Shown here in pieces: positions 51,362 to 64,000 of a stretch of DNA of 64,000 nt. This DNA is from Epiperipatus broadwayi. Its lineage: Eukaryota; Animalia; Onychophora. The DNA lies in assembly GCA_028023455.1 (NCBI GenBank), contig JAQFVV010000011.1:5642001-5706000 (forward strand). Direction: 5' to 3'. A program made the position numbers and the translations under genes. Under the pieces are notes generated by a model. That model did not search any database. It saw only the letters and a list, made by a program, of their open reading frames with translations, and was not told where the DNA came from. Numbering within the stretch: position 1 is the stretch's first letter; every line of letters starts with the position of its first letter.

Positions 51362-54000
51362 AGTTTATTTACTTTTATTTATTTAGGGTGTGGATTTAGG
51401 CAGCATAATTATTAAATAGATATTATAAAGAAAACTGTAGAAGTTCCAGCTATGAGATAGATTCATTAATGGCTTTATTAAATCCTTTAATTTTGACACT
51501 GTAGCCTTAAATCTAACAGTCATTAATGATATGGTTCATAGTTTGTATTTACCTATATTTACTAAGATCAGTGACTAATAAATCCCATTTATGAAGTTAA
51601 TGAATGCAATGACCATGGGTTGCTCTGAATCTATTGATGCAACTTCAGTTGTGCCTCGGAAGATCAAACCAGCTAGCTTTATTGTTGATCTGGAAAAAGA
51701 AATTTATTTAGGAATTTCATAAGAATTTCATTTTTATGGCATAGTTCTTTGATTATAGATTTTTTGTTGAATATCCAAAATGAAGATCTTGATTTGAACA
51801 GAGTTATAGATTTTTTGTTGAATATCCAAAATGAAGATCTTGATTTGAACAGAGTTTTAGATGGTGAAACTATATCTTTTGTCAAGTCCAATCTGCGTAA
51901 CAGTTTTCTGTACATTTTCTGTGTGGTAATTTCTCTTTTGATGTTTTGGAGGAGGAATATATGAACGAACAGGAAGCCACTAGTAGTAATCTTAAGTGTA
52001 CCATAATTTTCACATGGTAATATTTGAGTATCTAGAAATTTAGTACGAGAACTTTTTCTCCAAACACTAATGCTAATAAAGCTATATATAAAGTAGTTCC
52101 ATCACAACTTAAAATAGTGCCAATCACTTTTCTGAGGAGGTTATGAGGAAAATAAATCAGGTTATGATTCAAGATTATGTCTAAATAGTATATGGTAGGT
52201 ACATGTTATAGTCTATTATTATTGAAGATTATATCCAGGTTACAAGATGATTTTCCTGATATTTTAATGATAAATTGATTATACTTTTTTTGATAGTCTT
52301 TGAAAAATATTTCCAATTTTTTCATATTCTTATAAAGATACTTATTTATTTCAGGAAATAACTTCTTTTGAGAAGCCAAGGTAATGTCTATAGCATAGAT
52401 GATTTCATGCCTCTGTATCTTCAAGATCAATGATTAATATATTAGTAAAGTAGGTGAGAGAAACTGAACTATGAGGCAATCTATTCTGTAAAATTTTGTA
52501 TCCACTATAATGATCATTTCATTTGAATTTTTTTTACTGAAGAGTACTTTGTCAAGAAATTAAAATTTGTCTACATTTAAATTTTTTTAAAAACTTTTAG
52601 AAGATCATTTTTACAAACAGAATTATAAGCAAAGGGTAGATCAATAAAGATAGTACCAGTTTTTATTACTGGCTCTGTTTGATTTTAAGACTGTTATAGT
52701 TTTATTTGTATGCTTAATTTATTGAATACTTTCTGTTTGAATACTGTTACTGAATAATTCTCCCATCCATGCTTTGACTTCAAGTTTCTACATTTTTTAT
52801 AAACTCCGGAAGTACTAGAAGTATGTTGACTACTCCTGAGGCTTTTTCTAATGTAAGATAATCAAGGACAATTTCAATTTTGCTGACTTCCTCATGTTTT
52901 ATCAGATTGCTATTATAGATCATTTATGAAAGAGATGCTTTCAATTTTAGTTTTCCTCATTCTATCAATTTTGATATTAGAAGTCTGGTATATAAGATTG
53001 GCAACCTGATTAGCAGTAGTGGCTTTTTTAGAAAGCCTTTTACCTCTACCAAGCTTTTGTGGAAGTGCTCTTGCTTATGACTATGTTTGTAAAGTTTTCC
53101 TATGGTCTCTCCATTTTTCTTTTCTGACATCATTCGTGATTTCATAAGTTTGTAAGCAATTTTAAAATCTTTGACAGAAAAGTTGCATATAAAAGAGCAC
53201 TGCTAATTTTATTCCAACCTGGAATAAATTACTTTTATCCACAAGAATGGCTTCTCTGGCAGCTGTTATTAAGTTTGTTAAATGTTTCATAGCAAATGAG
53301 AAGTGGAGAGATTCTATTTATACTTTGTTCAAGATTTTCAATATATGGACTCTTATTAACTTTTCTTAAATTTCATCTTGGAACATGATAACCTTCAACT
53401 ATAGGAATTTAAATTCCCATAGTGATTAGACTAGGTTTATGTTGTCTATAGGGAATATGATTTAATATTAGTAGTTCATCTGGAAATTATGAATTTGTCA
53501 AAACGATAATGTAAATCAGAGTTGTTTCTGTTTGTCATGTGCTTGTATTGAATGTTCCTTCTTGCTTAGCATCATAAAGTTAACATGTTATTTACTACCA
53601 TCCATTCTACAAGTTGACAATCTGCTTTGATCCTCATATCATACTCCTGAATTCTACTATGAAAATTGGAAATCTCCTATAATTACAATAAATGTAGGAA
53701 GAATTGGAATCAGTTGAGAGAGCCAATTTGCATTGGGAGATTTGTAAACATTGCATACATAAAAAATATATATATCATTTGATCTTCAGTAGAAGTTAAT
53801 GAGTTTCTTAAAGTACAATTATATTAACATTGTACTAAACAGTTACTTTGTTGAGGATCTCCTGTTTAGATTTTGTTATATTCTCAATGTTAAATAGAAT
53901 TTTATTGTATTTCCTAGGCAAAGATAAGATTGCTATGCAGAATGAATGCCTAATGCTTAAGGTATTCTATGATTGCCTGCATCATGTAGTTATTTTTATT
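51362..54000 (-). mobile_element. RTEX-like LINE, decayed, spanning endonuclease to 3' tail with internal deletions
   Basis: Minus strand in order: VCNVYKSPN..IIGDF (APE), YDAKQEGTF, KASGV..LPEFIKN, KTGTIFIDL, NRLPHSSV, IYAIDITLA (YADD equivalent 52386-52397), GFDLPRHN..NRFRATHGHC..TMNHIINDC, (TAAA)n tail. Confidence 0.8.
51753..51854. repeat. Exact 51-bp tandem duplication within the RTEX-like LINE
   Basis: TTATAGATTTTTTGTTGAATATCCAAAATGAAGATCTTGATTTGAACAGAG at 51753 and 51804. Confidence 0.95.
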
Positions 54001-55199
54001 TTATTTTGAGGATCCTATGACTTTTATCTCAATAGTTTTAGCATGGCTTTCCTTAATAATATGATTAGAATTAACATTAATTGTAAGATGAAGTCTGCTT
54101 TCTATTTAGAGACATTAGTTTCACATACTAATTCATGTTAATTTCAGGGTGGGCCACAAAAGACTGTCATCCACCTTCCAATAAACTGTAATTTCTAGAA
54201 AGTTTAGAGAAACAAAATTAACAAAGATTGGCATAATTGAATTTGCCAGCCACTCAGCAGCATTTATAATTTAATAATTGCTCTAAAAAATTAGAATTGC
54301 ATTATTTTTAAAAATTGTAAATTGTTTAATTAAAATTATAGCTTTCGGTATGGTCTGTTAAAAATGTTTTATTGATATAATCTGATACTTCACAAAATCG
54401 ATTTTTGTTTATAATTTATATAAAAAGTGTCTTTTTTTTTAAAAAAAAAAAAAGTAATAACAATAATCACAACATATAATTAATATCTTTTTAATTATTA
54501 ATGTATAGTTGTATTTTATAAAAATAAAAATTTTGTTTTTAAATATGCACATGGAGACATGTAAATACAGACACATATACATACGAGCTTTCCCCCCCTC
54601 TCATATTGGTAAAATGTAAAGTTACCTCCAGTAATAATATGGTTACTTTTAATTTTCATAAAGTCTTGTTATTATGGACTTTAAATATGACAAAGAGAAT
54701 TGAAACTTTTTGATTTTTTCTCATATTTTTTTAAAAAAAACCCAGTGGGGCTCTTGATAGGACAGATTAGTAATGATATTAGTGAATTTAAGAACTAGAA
54801 ATTTTTGGATTGATTTTAACTGAAATAAAATAAAACATCAGTTTGATTATTTGAATAGAATTGTTGTATTCCACCCATCTCTTATATTTCAACAATATAC
54901 TTTATTGACCAAAAATTTATGTTACACAGGTTTTACAAATGTTTTGCAATGGTTTTGCCAGGATTAAAAGGCAATTCAAATATAACTAACATGGTATGAG
55001 CTTACAGTAATACTGGAATGAGTTTAATCGATTGTTGGTTATTGTATAAATCTGGTTAATATAACTGATTACAGATGTGTAAGTGTGGACATTGGAAATT
55101 ATAAATGATTGTCATTAATGATATTTTTTGTACAATGTAGTACATGATATATATATATATCATTTGAATGAAAATTCATTTTCTGGAGGTTTGACTGGT

Positions 55200-56160
55200 C
55201 CCATTAAACAGGCTTTTATGGTATAAGACTAATCTAATGAAGATGTCTGGAACATAGTCTTTCATAAAGATAGTTGTCCCATGAAACAGATGAGATATCT
55301 GAGAAGGTTGTTAGTACTGGCTACTGTAGTTGTGGTAACTTATAGGGACTGCTCTCTAAGGAGTGACCAGAGGATCACAAAAATGTCTGGGGGACTATGT
55401 TGTTATCTCATGCTTTTAGCTGTCATAATTTGTTGGTAAATGAAAATGGATGCTTCCTGGTGTTGTTGCCTATAAAAAGGTGCAATGTGTTCACCAGAAG
55501 GTAAACAGATAAATGTGGCTGTATGCACTATGGGGGGGGGGAGTGATTTTTGGAAGGACTAAGTTATGTAATGGATAAAAGTAGCAGACTACCTCTATAC
55601 ATTGAACATAATTTGTTGTGTGGAATTTAGTACTTAGCAGTTATTGAGAAGGTGTTGTTGAGTCTCCTTAGCTTCATGGCATTGCCCATAGAATGTGTTG
55701 ATATTTTGTACAGATGAAAAAGGAAGTTGGAAGCACATATAGGTTGAGTGATTAGGAAGTCAAAAAACTTTGGTTCTAGTGCCCATTTTTTAAATTGGTG
55801 GAGATGACATCAGTTATTAATGCTAAGCATGGGGAGGGATAATCATTCTTTTGAGTCTGGATAAAACAGGTTATTTTTGCCAGTGAGTGTTCTTGGAATT
55901 GTGGGTGAGGCTAATCTGCCCTATGGTCACTAGGGTTGAGTGAATGAGTTGCAAGATACGACATTGAGGGGAAGAGGGGTTCTGTAGGGGTTACTTTCAT
56001 CAGGCACTGAAGGGTTTGGTACTGGCTGGTAATAACTATTAAATTAATGGCTTGTTGTGAATAGAACATCTGAATATTGTGCAGGCGTAGACCATTATAC
56101 AAGAGTTGGTGGTTGAGCTGTTTTATTGAGATTGATATTGTCTTGTGATCCCAGAACATA
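55200..56160 (-). mobile_element. Highly decayed LINE endonuclease-region remnant (possibly I group)
   Basis: Higher GC, A/C-rich minus strand; fragments LNVVSCN, QE.H, NLYVLP, HILW, YSHIYL occur in APE-domain order. Confidence 0.35.
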
Positions 56161-59100
56161 TCTCTTAAATGTCAAATTTTATGATTTTTGAGCAATTTAT
56201 TATATGATTTATTAATAATACATATTTTGAAAATAATGAAAATATATTTCTTATGAGTAGTTGCGGTAAATATAGTTAAAAGGAAATATAAATTTAGAAT
56301 TTTGTATTATGAGATCTCATTAACCCATGCCCCAAACTGTTTAATTTAATGGCCAAGATTTATAGATTATTGAATCAATTCTGGCGGTTTTAATTGAATC
56401 AAAGTTTCTACGTTGTCATTGCTTTGATGCTTGGATGTCAATGTGACATCCTAAGCAACTATCAATACAATTTAGTTTGGAAGCCCATACTATCTGAATA
56501 TGAAAGCACGAGATGCATATGCATATACATTATATAAAAATATTTTTAATTTTTTATTGTAATGTAGTTTCAGGAATGCTTTTTTTAAATTCAACTTTAA
56601 CGAATAATTATTAATATGAATAGATTATTAATAATTACTATACTATTTGACCTTTATCTTAGAATTTATTAATTTATCATTATTGAAAACGTATTATTTT
56701 GTACCTGCATTAATCTTACCCAAAGCTATATATATATATCTTTCTTTTTCTATTTTTATTTAACGGTTAACTAATCCAGTGTAATAGGAATGACGTGCCA
56801 GAAGGAAACCCAATTATGTGATTATAAAAAGGTGTGGTTTTCGCTTATAATGAGATATTTATTTTGCATCTAGCACTTAATATAACAAATTAGTTTAAAT
56901 TGTAATTCATAAATATCACTTCATTTATTTTTAAATTTTAATTATATTAGAGATATACATCTAAACATAGAAAACATAGTACAATATATATACATGAAAT
57001 AGTTCTCTATACTAAGATATCTATCTATAAATACCTAATCCTATAATCAAGATAATAGTTATTATAGTCAAGAGAGTGATACCTCTTATGGTCATTTATC
57101 ATTATAATGTGCTTAAATTATTTATTTTATATTTTGTAAATTTAAGACATCACTGTGCTTTCACAAATGACTGGAATCAAAATATAGTATTCATATTCTT
57201 TTAAAGGAGAATGTTTTTTCACGATCGTGTCTGGAAATGATATATATATATATATATTATTAGATAATAATATAGGCATTAAGAAGCTTACTTTTTTCAG
57301 TCAAACTATTTATTTGCATGAAAAGATTCAGTGCAACAATTCTACTTCATTTGACTGAATTAAGAATTTTTTCCTGATCCAGAAACCTAAAGGTATCCTT
57401 CACTTTTATTATTGGGTTAAAGTTTTCAGAAAATCTTTTTTTTAAATTTATAATTATTTTATTTTATAGAATAATTGTATACTTATTAAATAAATGAACC
57501 CACAAATGTCCACTCCTTATTATATTTTTCACAATACCTTTATTATAATTATATTGACAGTTTTGAGTGCCCAGCAATCTTCTTCAGAATCTTTTTTAAA
57601 ATTCTTGGTACCAACTATTTGGAATCTTAAATTTAGATGTGAAAAGTAATATTAATATTAAAGGCATTATGAAAAATGCAATAGCAATGATGATTTCTGA
57701 ACCTATTTATTCAAAATAAAAATGAAAGTGAATTTATTATCTTGTATATTTATTCTTACTAATTTATTACTTTTGTGCTTAATTAGAAATGTTTTTGTTA
57801 TATGTATGTGTATTAAATTTCTTGCCCATAGAAAGAACTTGAGGTAACTAAGCAATAAGGTACTATAACTTATAATGTTTTATCAATTTGATGGTGTTTT
57901 GCTATTAATTGCTATCTTCTTACAATTTATTTTTGCATCTCAAAATTGGAAATGACAACTGAAAAAACGAAATTCAATGTGTTCATTAAGAAAATAATTG
58001 TGGAAATTACATTAAGTTAAAGGGATCTCTTTAATATCACGGCTCAGAAATTTCATATATTTTTAATTTTTGATTGGATTGACTAATTAGTTATATTACA
58101 CAGTGCTATATACAATCTTCACATTTATTTCTTTTATGTTTATTTATATAATTATAAAGTAGTTCTCTGCTTTATTCTGTCTGTATAATTGGTATAGTAA
58201 CTATTCATTTTAATTTTGATAGAAATGATAATGATGTCATTTTAGACCAAGTAAAAATGTAGCAAAAGAAAATAAATTAAAATTAGTTTGTCAATGTTAT
58301 TTTCATATGCATAATATTATAATCATGATTTTATAAAGTATTACTTTTTGATGACATTATAAATTCATGTGCAATAATAGCTGAATAAAATGAAAGAAAT
58401 AGAAAAGACAAATTCAAAGACCAATTGAGATAAGTCTGTAGTGCATGAATCATCTTTACATTACCCAATTTGTTGAAGGATATTTAAATTCTTGTGCCAT
58501 CAAATCAAACTGTTAAATTAATATGTACCTAGTTCTTTATAAAATAAGAGATAAGTTGTGCTCAGGCACTGAAAAATATTACTTTTAAATAACTAAAATA
58601 GTAGCGAGCAATTACATGATAGGATTAAAATCAAACATTGAAACAAGAAAGTCCTATATAATAATAAGAAATTGTTCATTAACTCTAATCCTTATATATT
58701 TGAATTCAGTGCATTTATTATTATTTATTTTTGACTGATCTGCCATTTCCCGAATTGTTTTATTAATAAAAGAGCACTGAACAAGTTTGTAAATATGCAA
58801 ATAAATGGTAATAAAAGTGTTGCGATTGTAGATCAGTTGAGACTAAGCAATTAAAAAATCATAATAGCATTGAGTTTAACAATGCAAAAAGAAAAATTTT
58901 AAGAAATAGATCATTTTACATCCAATGTAATTCGGAATGGATTTTAAAATGAAGTGTTAGTTCTGCTCAGTAAAATCAGGTTGAAAATTTACACATCAAA
59001 AGTTTTAATGTGTATGGTTCATAATATAGATTTAATTTGCAACTGTGCATAATATCAAGTAATGAATTAAACAATGCATTCTACAATAGAGAATTATCAT

Positions 59101-62012
59101 TTGCTTTGTCTTTCTCAGGGATATATTACATCTTTTTAGATTTAAATATGAAATCATATGAGAAACAATATTTAGCAATAGGAGTAATAATCCACCATCT
59201 TCCCATGTAATCTTTTGTAAGTTTGAGTAAAATTGGCAGTGGATGCTATTTTTATGTCCATATTACCAGACTGGCTTCTAGATATTGTATATAAGTGAGA
59301 TGCACCAGAAACTACTTAATGTCTATCAGAAAATTTGTGATGGGGGCATCTTACTAGTAATTATATATTGGATTATTTTCATCATTTAGTTTGAATTGTT
59401 AAATGTTTTCCAAAAAAATTCAAACTTTATTTAAAATTTTCTAGATATATTCATCTGTTATTAATAATACATAGGTTCAAGTGGTATTATTCTCTTTTTT
59501 CAGGTGCTGTTGATCTAACCACTTCTGGGATTAAATGAATTATTTTTAGATACATGAATATTGAAATTGGGGTGATGCTTTAACCAACTAGGCTATTCTG
59601 TCAATGACAACAATCAGTAGAAATTTTATATATTTATTCTCTTAATTTTTGTACCTCCCCTCTTTTTTTTTTTTATTATAAAGGTTATAGTTAAAAGTGA
59701 TTTCTAAACATTATGGATTACCTGGGTTGATTTTTATGTTATTTGCTATTGTCATGTGAGCAGCTTTAAAATTTTTTTTCTCTGTGTTTTACTCTCTGCC
59801 CAACGTTTTCGTACTTTCCAACCAATGTTCATTGATTCCTTCTAATAATTGTTTTTATATTATTATTTTTTGTAATCATTATATTATATTTAATTTTTTT
59901 CAATGGGATGATTGGTTATGTTGATAAATATTCTTTCACACTCACATAGTGTTTTATATAGTTCTTGTTTTTCAATATTTCAAATTTAGATATTGTAGAG
60001 GTGTACATAGTAAATATCAGAATAGCTTTTCAAAACTATAGCATATTATGAAGATTTTTAACCTGTCATATATTTTGAATTAATTATATTAAAATAGATG
60101 AATATTATTTATTCATGATATTCTAATACAGTGATTTAATTCTAAGATTTATTACATAGGTTGTGTAGAATTTAATCATCAAAAGCCTCTCATGCCATCG
60201 ATTGTGTGTTTCCAGTTTTGACTTTAATCCCTCTTTTTTTTCATGTTTTTAACTTCTTTTTTTTTGTCCTAATTAAAGTTGGAAAAACTATTTTGATACT
60301 GAAGAGATGAAGATAATTTTTATATATAATTTTGAAGAAAATTATGATATTAGTAGAATAACTTTATAGCAATTGTAGAATTTTATAACTTTGCAATTAA
60401 CTCTTATTACTTTGTATTAAAGCATTGATAATATGTAAAATTCAAAATTCATTATTTTCTTAACAAAAGAAATACTATATTTTTAATATAAAATTTTAAT
60501 TATCATAGTTATGAAATATCATGATTAATTTATAAAATCAGAGCAATATTAAAAATGTATGTGATTTTAACTATTATTGCGTAAAATGCTGAATTTATTA
60601 TTTATCTTAATAATGATGCATCTTCACAGACAGATATTTATCCATTTTTATTTTGCTCTCATTGTCAAAAAGTTTTATCAACTCTAAATTCACTATGGCT
60701 TACTTCTAAAAAGTAAGGAATGATGAGAAGCATTGTCTAATCCGCTTTCAGCAATTTAAAGAATAAACAAATAAAATATAAAGATCCTCATATTGTTTGT
60801 AACTATATATTTGACTGCTTCCATCATCTAAATGCATTGTTAAATATTTTTTAGATAAATTCTCAGTTTATTTTACATTTTTACAATATATTGAGCTGCT
60901 AATATAATACACGTTAGCATGGAACATGATATTTTGAATTCCATTTTTCTCCTCTCTTTTTTAGATGTTGTTGGTCTGACCAGTGATAGCTTGCATAGGA
61001 ATCTGGTGACCTTTAGATTTAAGAATATTGAATTTAAGGTTATTCTGTCAAAGATAACCATCAGTAGAAATAAATATATATTTACCCATAATGATGTTTT
61101 GGATTTTCTTCATTTTTTTAAAGGGGAAAGTTAATAAATTAATTTGAGATATTATGGATTATTGTATTAAGTTGATCTGAAGAGCCATATGCTGTTGTTG
61201 TGTGAGCAGATTCTTTAAATTATTATTATTATTATCAACATCATCATGATGGTGATGGTGGTGGTGATGATGTTTCAAAGATAAAGTTTATTCAATGCTC
61301 AATGGTTACATAGGATTCACAATATACAGGTATAACGTTTTCCATTTTGCTAGGCCTCTACATGCTAATATAAACTGCGCGTGAGTTGATCAAGCTATGT
61401 CAAAAAAGAAGAATTATATTTCTATTCTAAAAACATAGCTATATTTCCTGATCAACTTGGCCTATTAATTGTTGAGAATTGTGCTATTGATGAAATCAGC
61501 TTTTAATTAATTTAATCTGGGCGCCAGAATTCCTAAGAATTCACTGAAATCGTCATATAACATCTCACAAATAAAAAAAAAAAACTTTTAAACTAATCGG
61601 TATTACATCATACCGTAACGAGAATTATTTTTTTTAAGATTATTATTCCTGGGCTTATTCAAACATATTGGCAAAGGTAAATTACATTTTTAAATTTTAT
61701 TAAACTACTAATAGATTTAATAATAAAAAATAATAATTATTATTAATAACGCACCAATGAAAATTGGTATTAGAAATATTTTTATTCTAATAGAAATAAA
61801 ATGTTAAATGAAATTAGATGTAAATCAATTAATAAAAAAACAATTTTACAATTACAGCTCACTTCCAAATTTCTTCTAGAAAGTTACTAAAAAATGAATG
61901 TCTCTTGCACAAGAAATTTAATGTCTCTATCGGGATTGTTTAAACATACTTTTAGAAATTGTTTGAAAACGTTTAATTTGGTCACAATCAGGAGTAATGA
62001 AGCATTACTTAC

Positions 62013-62340
62013 TGGTAAGTTTTGTGAATTCAGTAGTAGATAACTATCCATAGTTTTTCGGAGTTGAATTGAGCTCACGGCCTTTGATTATTAGTTGATC
62101 TTGGTGCTGGTTCCATAGGCTAGTCGCGTAAGCTTCTCTGGTGTCCATCGGTAATGATGTCAGCTAAAGCTCCGGTCTACTCTTGTATGAATAACTTTTT
62201 CATCGTAGAGTGGTCTGGATTCTCTAATCCAAAACCAACCAAAAGAATATCAGCTAAACCAACACGTTCCTCCAACTGAATCCCTCCTTTTTATACTAGA
62301 GGTCCCATTGTCGGACTTCTGCGCATGCTAATATCATGGC
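62013..62340 (-). promoter_or_regulatory. Candidate antisense promoter and first exon
   Basis: CpG-retaining island; NRF1-like GCGCATGC and YY1-like ATGGCG near 62320-62342; TATAAAAAGG on - at 62295-62286; donor CCA/GTAAGT with intron starting at 62012. Confidence 0.4.
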
Positions 62341-64000
62341 GTTTTGCGTTTATAATCTTATATATTCTTTATAAAATTTATGTTACAAAGTCTTTATTTT
62401 TTTCAGCATAATTCTGCCATCTTTAATTAGTTGAAATATTTTTACTTTCTCTTATCTAGATTGGTAATTTGTGTCTTTTGTTCTCTCCAATTCTAACTTT
62501 TATTTCTAATTACATAAAAAAAAAAATGAAAGAATAATTTAACTTTCATTGTACATTATTTTTTTTTTTTTAAAAAAAAATTAGTCAAAAAAAAAATCTA
62601 AATTTACTTTTATTTTTTAGCTTTTACCAAATGCCAATATATTTGCAACGTATATAAATAAACGTTACACAGGTTATATGAATATTTACATGTATGTACT
62701 AAAGCAGGGTATATCTACACAGATAAACTTGCTTCATGTTCATTTTAATTTGCCCATCTTCCATTGTATATATGCAATTTATTATTAAATATCTGCACAC
62801 ATTAGTAATAGGTGTGTGTACAACTTGGCATTATTCTGACATAATCATAAAAAGCTAGGTTTGTTCACTAAAATCAGGTGATATATTAGTTATTGTTAAA
62901 AAAAAAAAAAAGTAAAAGTAAAAATCAATTGTAGCAAGATGTTTGAATAATTTTATACAATAGGAGAAAGGAATTAGTTATTACGGAAGGGAGCTTAAGT
63001 GCCACAGTTCTATATCAGTACATTCTATCTACAAAAATAGTTGCAGTTGGACATCTTTAGACATGATAAGGTGTTATTAAGAAAAAACAAACAAAAGTCA
63101 GAAAACCAGCTGGGCAACGCAGGAGAATGAGGAAGTGAAGAGTGGATAAATAGCAATTAGAGAAATTAGTCAAAATCCATTAAAGAAAGTCACTAAGTGC
63201 AATGTAAGGTAGGGAACTAAAATATATAAGCATACAATTCGACATTGTCTAGATATAATAATAATTTCTTCCAGCGAATAATAATAATTCTTAAAAAATT
63301 TATGAAAGATTATGAGTTTTCATGATTATTAAGATTATCAACTAACTTTGTATCACCGAGAAGTATCATCCAAATTTCATCTTATTGTTCAACCCAAGAT
63401 TGCCGAGAATAACAGCATCAAGCTAAAACTGACTGCAAGAAGAAATAAATAGAATGATTGCTGTACCTGCAATGAGTGAGTAGTAGGGTGTCAGCTTCTC
63501 CACAGTCATAGGGGGGGGTGATTGTGGCATCCTAGCTGTTCCATCCAAAATATGAAGTTCAAAACCATATCCTATATCCTCCATATAAGCCGCAAGATCA
63601 CCAGTTTACTTACATATTCCTGAAGCCCCGAGAAAATTAAGTTTTACTGGTAAATATGTTCCACTATTTTAGAAACTAACTGTAACTTTATATATATACA
63701 CACACACTTTAACTAGTCTTAATCACTCAAATTATTTAACCTTTATTTTATATCAAAATCTACTCTCTCAATTATTTTTATGAAATGAGAATTATATTTG
63801 TTTATTTTATTTATGCTATTTTTTTGAATGATGGAGGGAACGTGTTTATTAAGTATGATAGTTACACTTCTTTGCTCACGAAATCCCAGTAGAACGGAGT
63901 GGGGTAAAGAAGATGGCTAATTTAGAATCTAATTTTAAAGAACAACAATAACTAAAGGATGTCAAGAAAGTTACCTTTTAATTCTCAGAATTTGTGTACA

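Noticed and set aside
51679-51964. Overlapping ORFs with a repeated 17-aa unit
   Set aside because: Produced by the 51-bp duplication inside a decayed LINE.
54145-54160. Tc1/mariner-like end CAGGGTGGGCCACAAA
   Set aside because: No partner TIR or TA duplication found.
2375-61134. Remaining 60-80 aa ORFs rich in I/L/F/Y/K/N
   Set aside because: Composition mirrors AT-rich non-coding DNA; many use non-ATG starts and show no domain or splice support.
61819-62387. Solo LTR (TGTAACA..TTACA on -)
   Set aside because: No target-site duplication and no second copy in the window.
1-64000. CRISPR array, rRNA or intact tRNA genes
   Set aside because: None seen; the repeats are eukaryotic TE-derived or simple duplications without a repeat-spacer pattern.

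Overview
Very AT-rich, visibly CpG-depleted eukaryotic (invertebrate-animal-like) DNA that is almost all intronic/intergenic. The only confidently recognised host coding sequence is one internal 222-nt exon (46317-46538, +) of a PP2A regulatory subunit B'' gene (PPP2R3A/B, PR72/PR130 family). The rest is layered transposon debris: three Penelope-like element (PLE) remnants, a Buster-type hAT with a decayed transposase, three hAT MITEs (two with intact 8-bp TSDs), a Merlin transposase remnant, RTE and RTEX-like LINE fragments, foldbacks and local duplications. The most unusual content is: (1) a 2.6-kb tandem/inverted array (3555-6160) of ~430-bp units built around a minimal type I hammerhead ribozyme at the tip of a long G-U-containing rod, resembling a retrozyme or PLE pseudo-LTR cluster; (2) a second, fully canonical hammerhead (42353-42424) in sense orientation 3.9 kb upstream of the PP2A-B'' exon; (3) an hsp70-like HSE-HSE-TATA-Inr promoter inside the Buster transposon. 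All family assignments come from motif recognition by eye; no database search or folding program was run.
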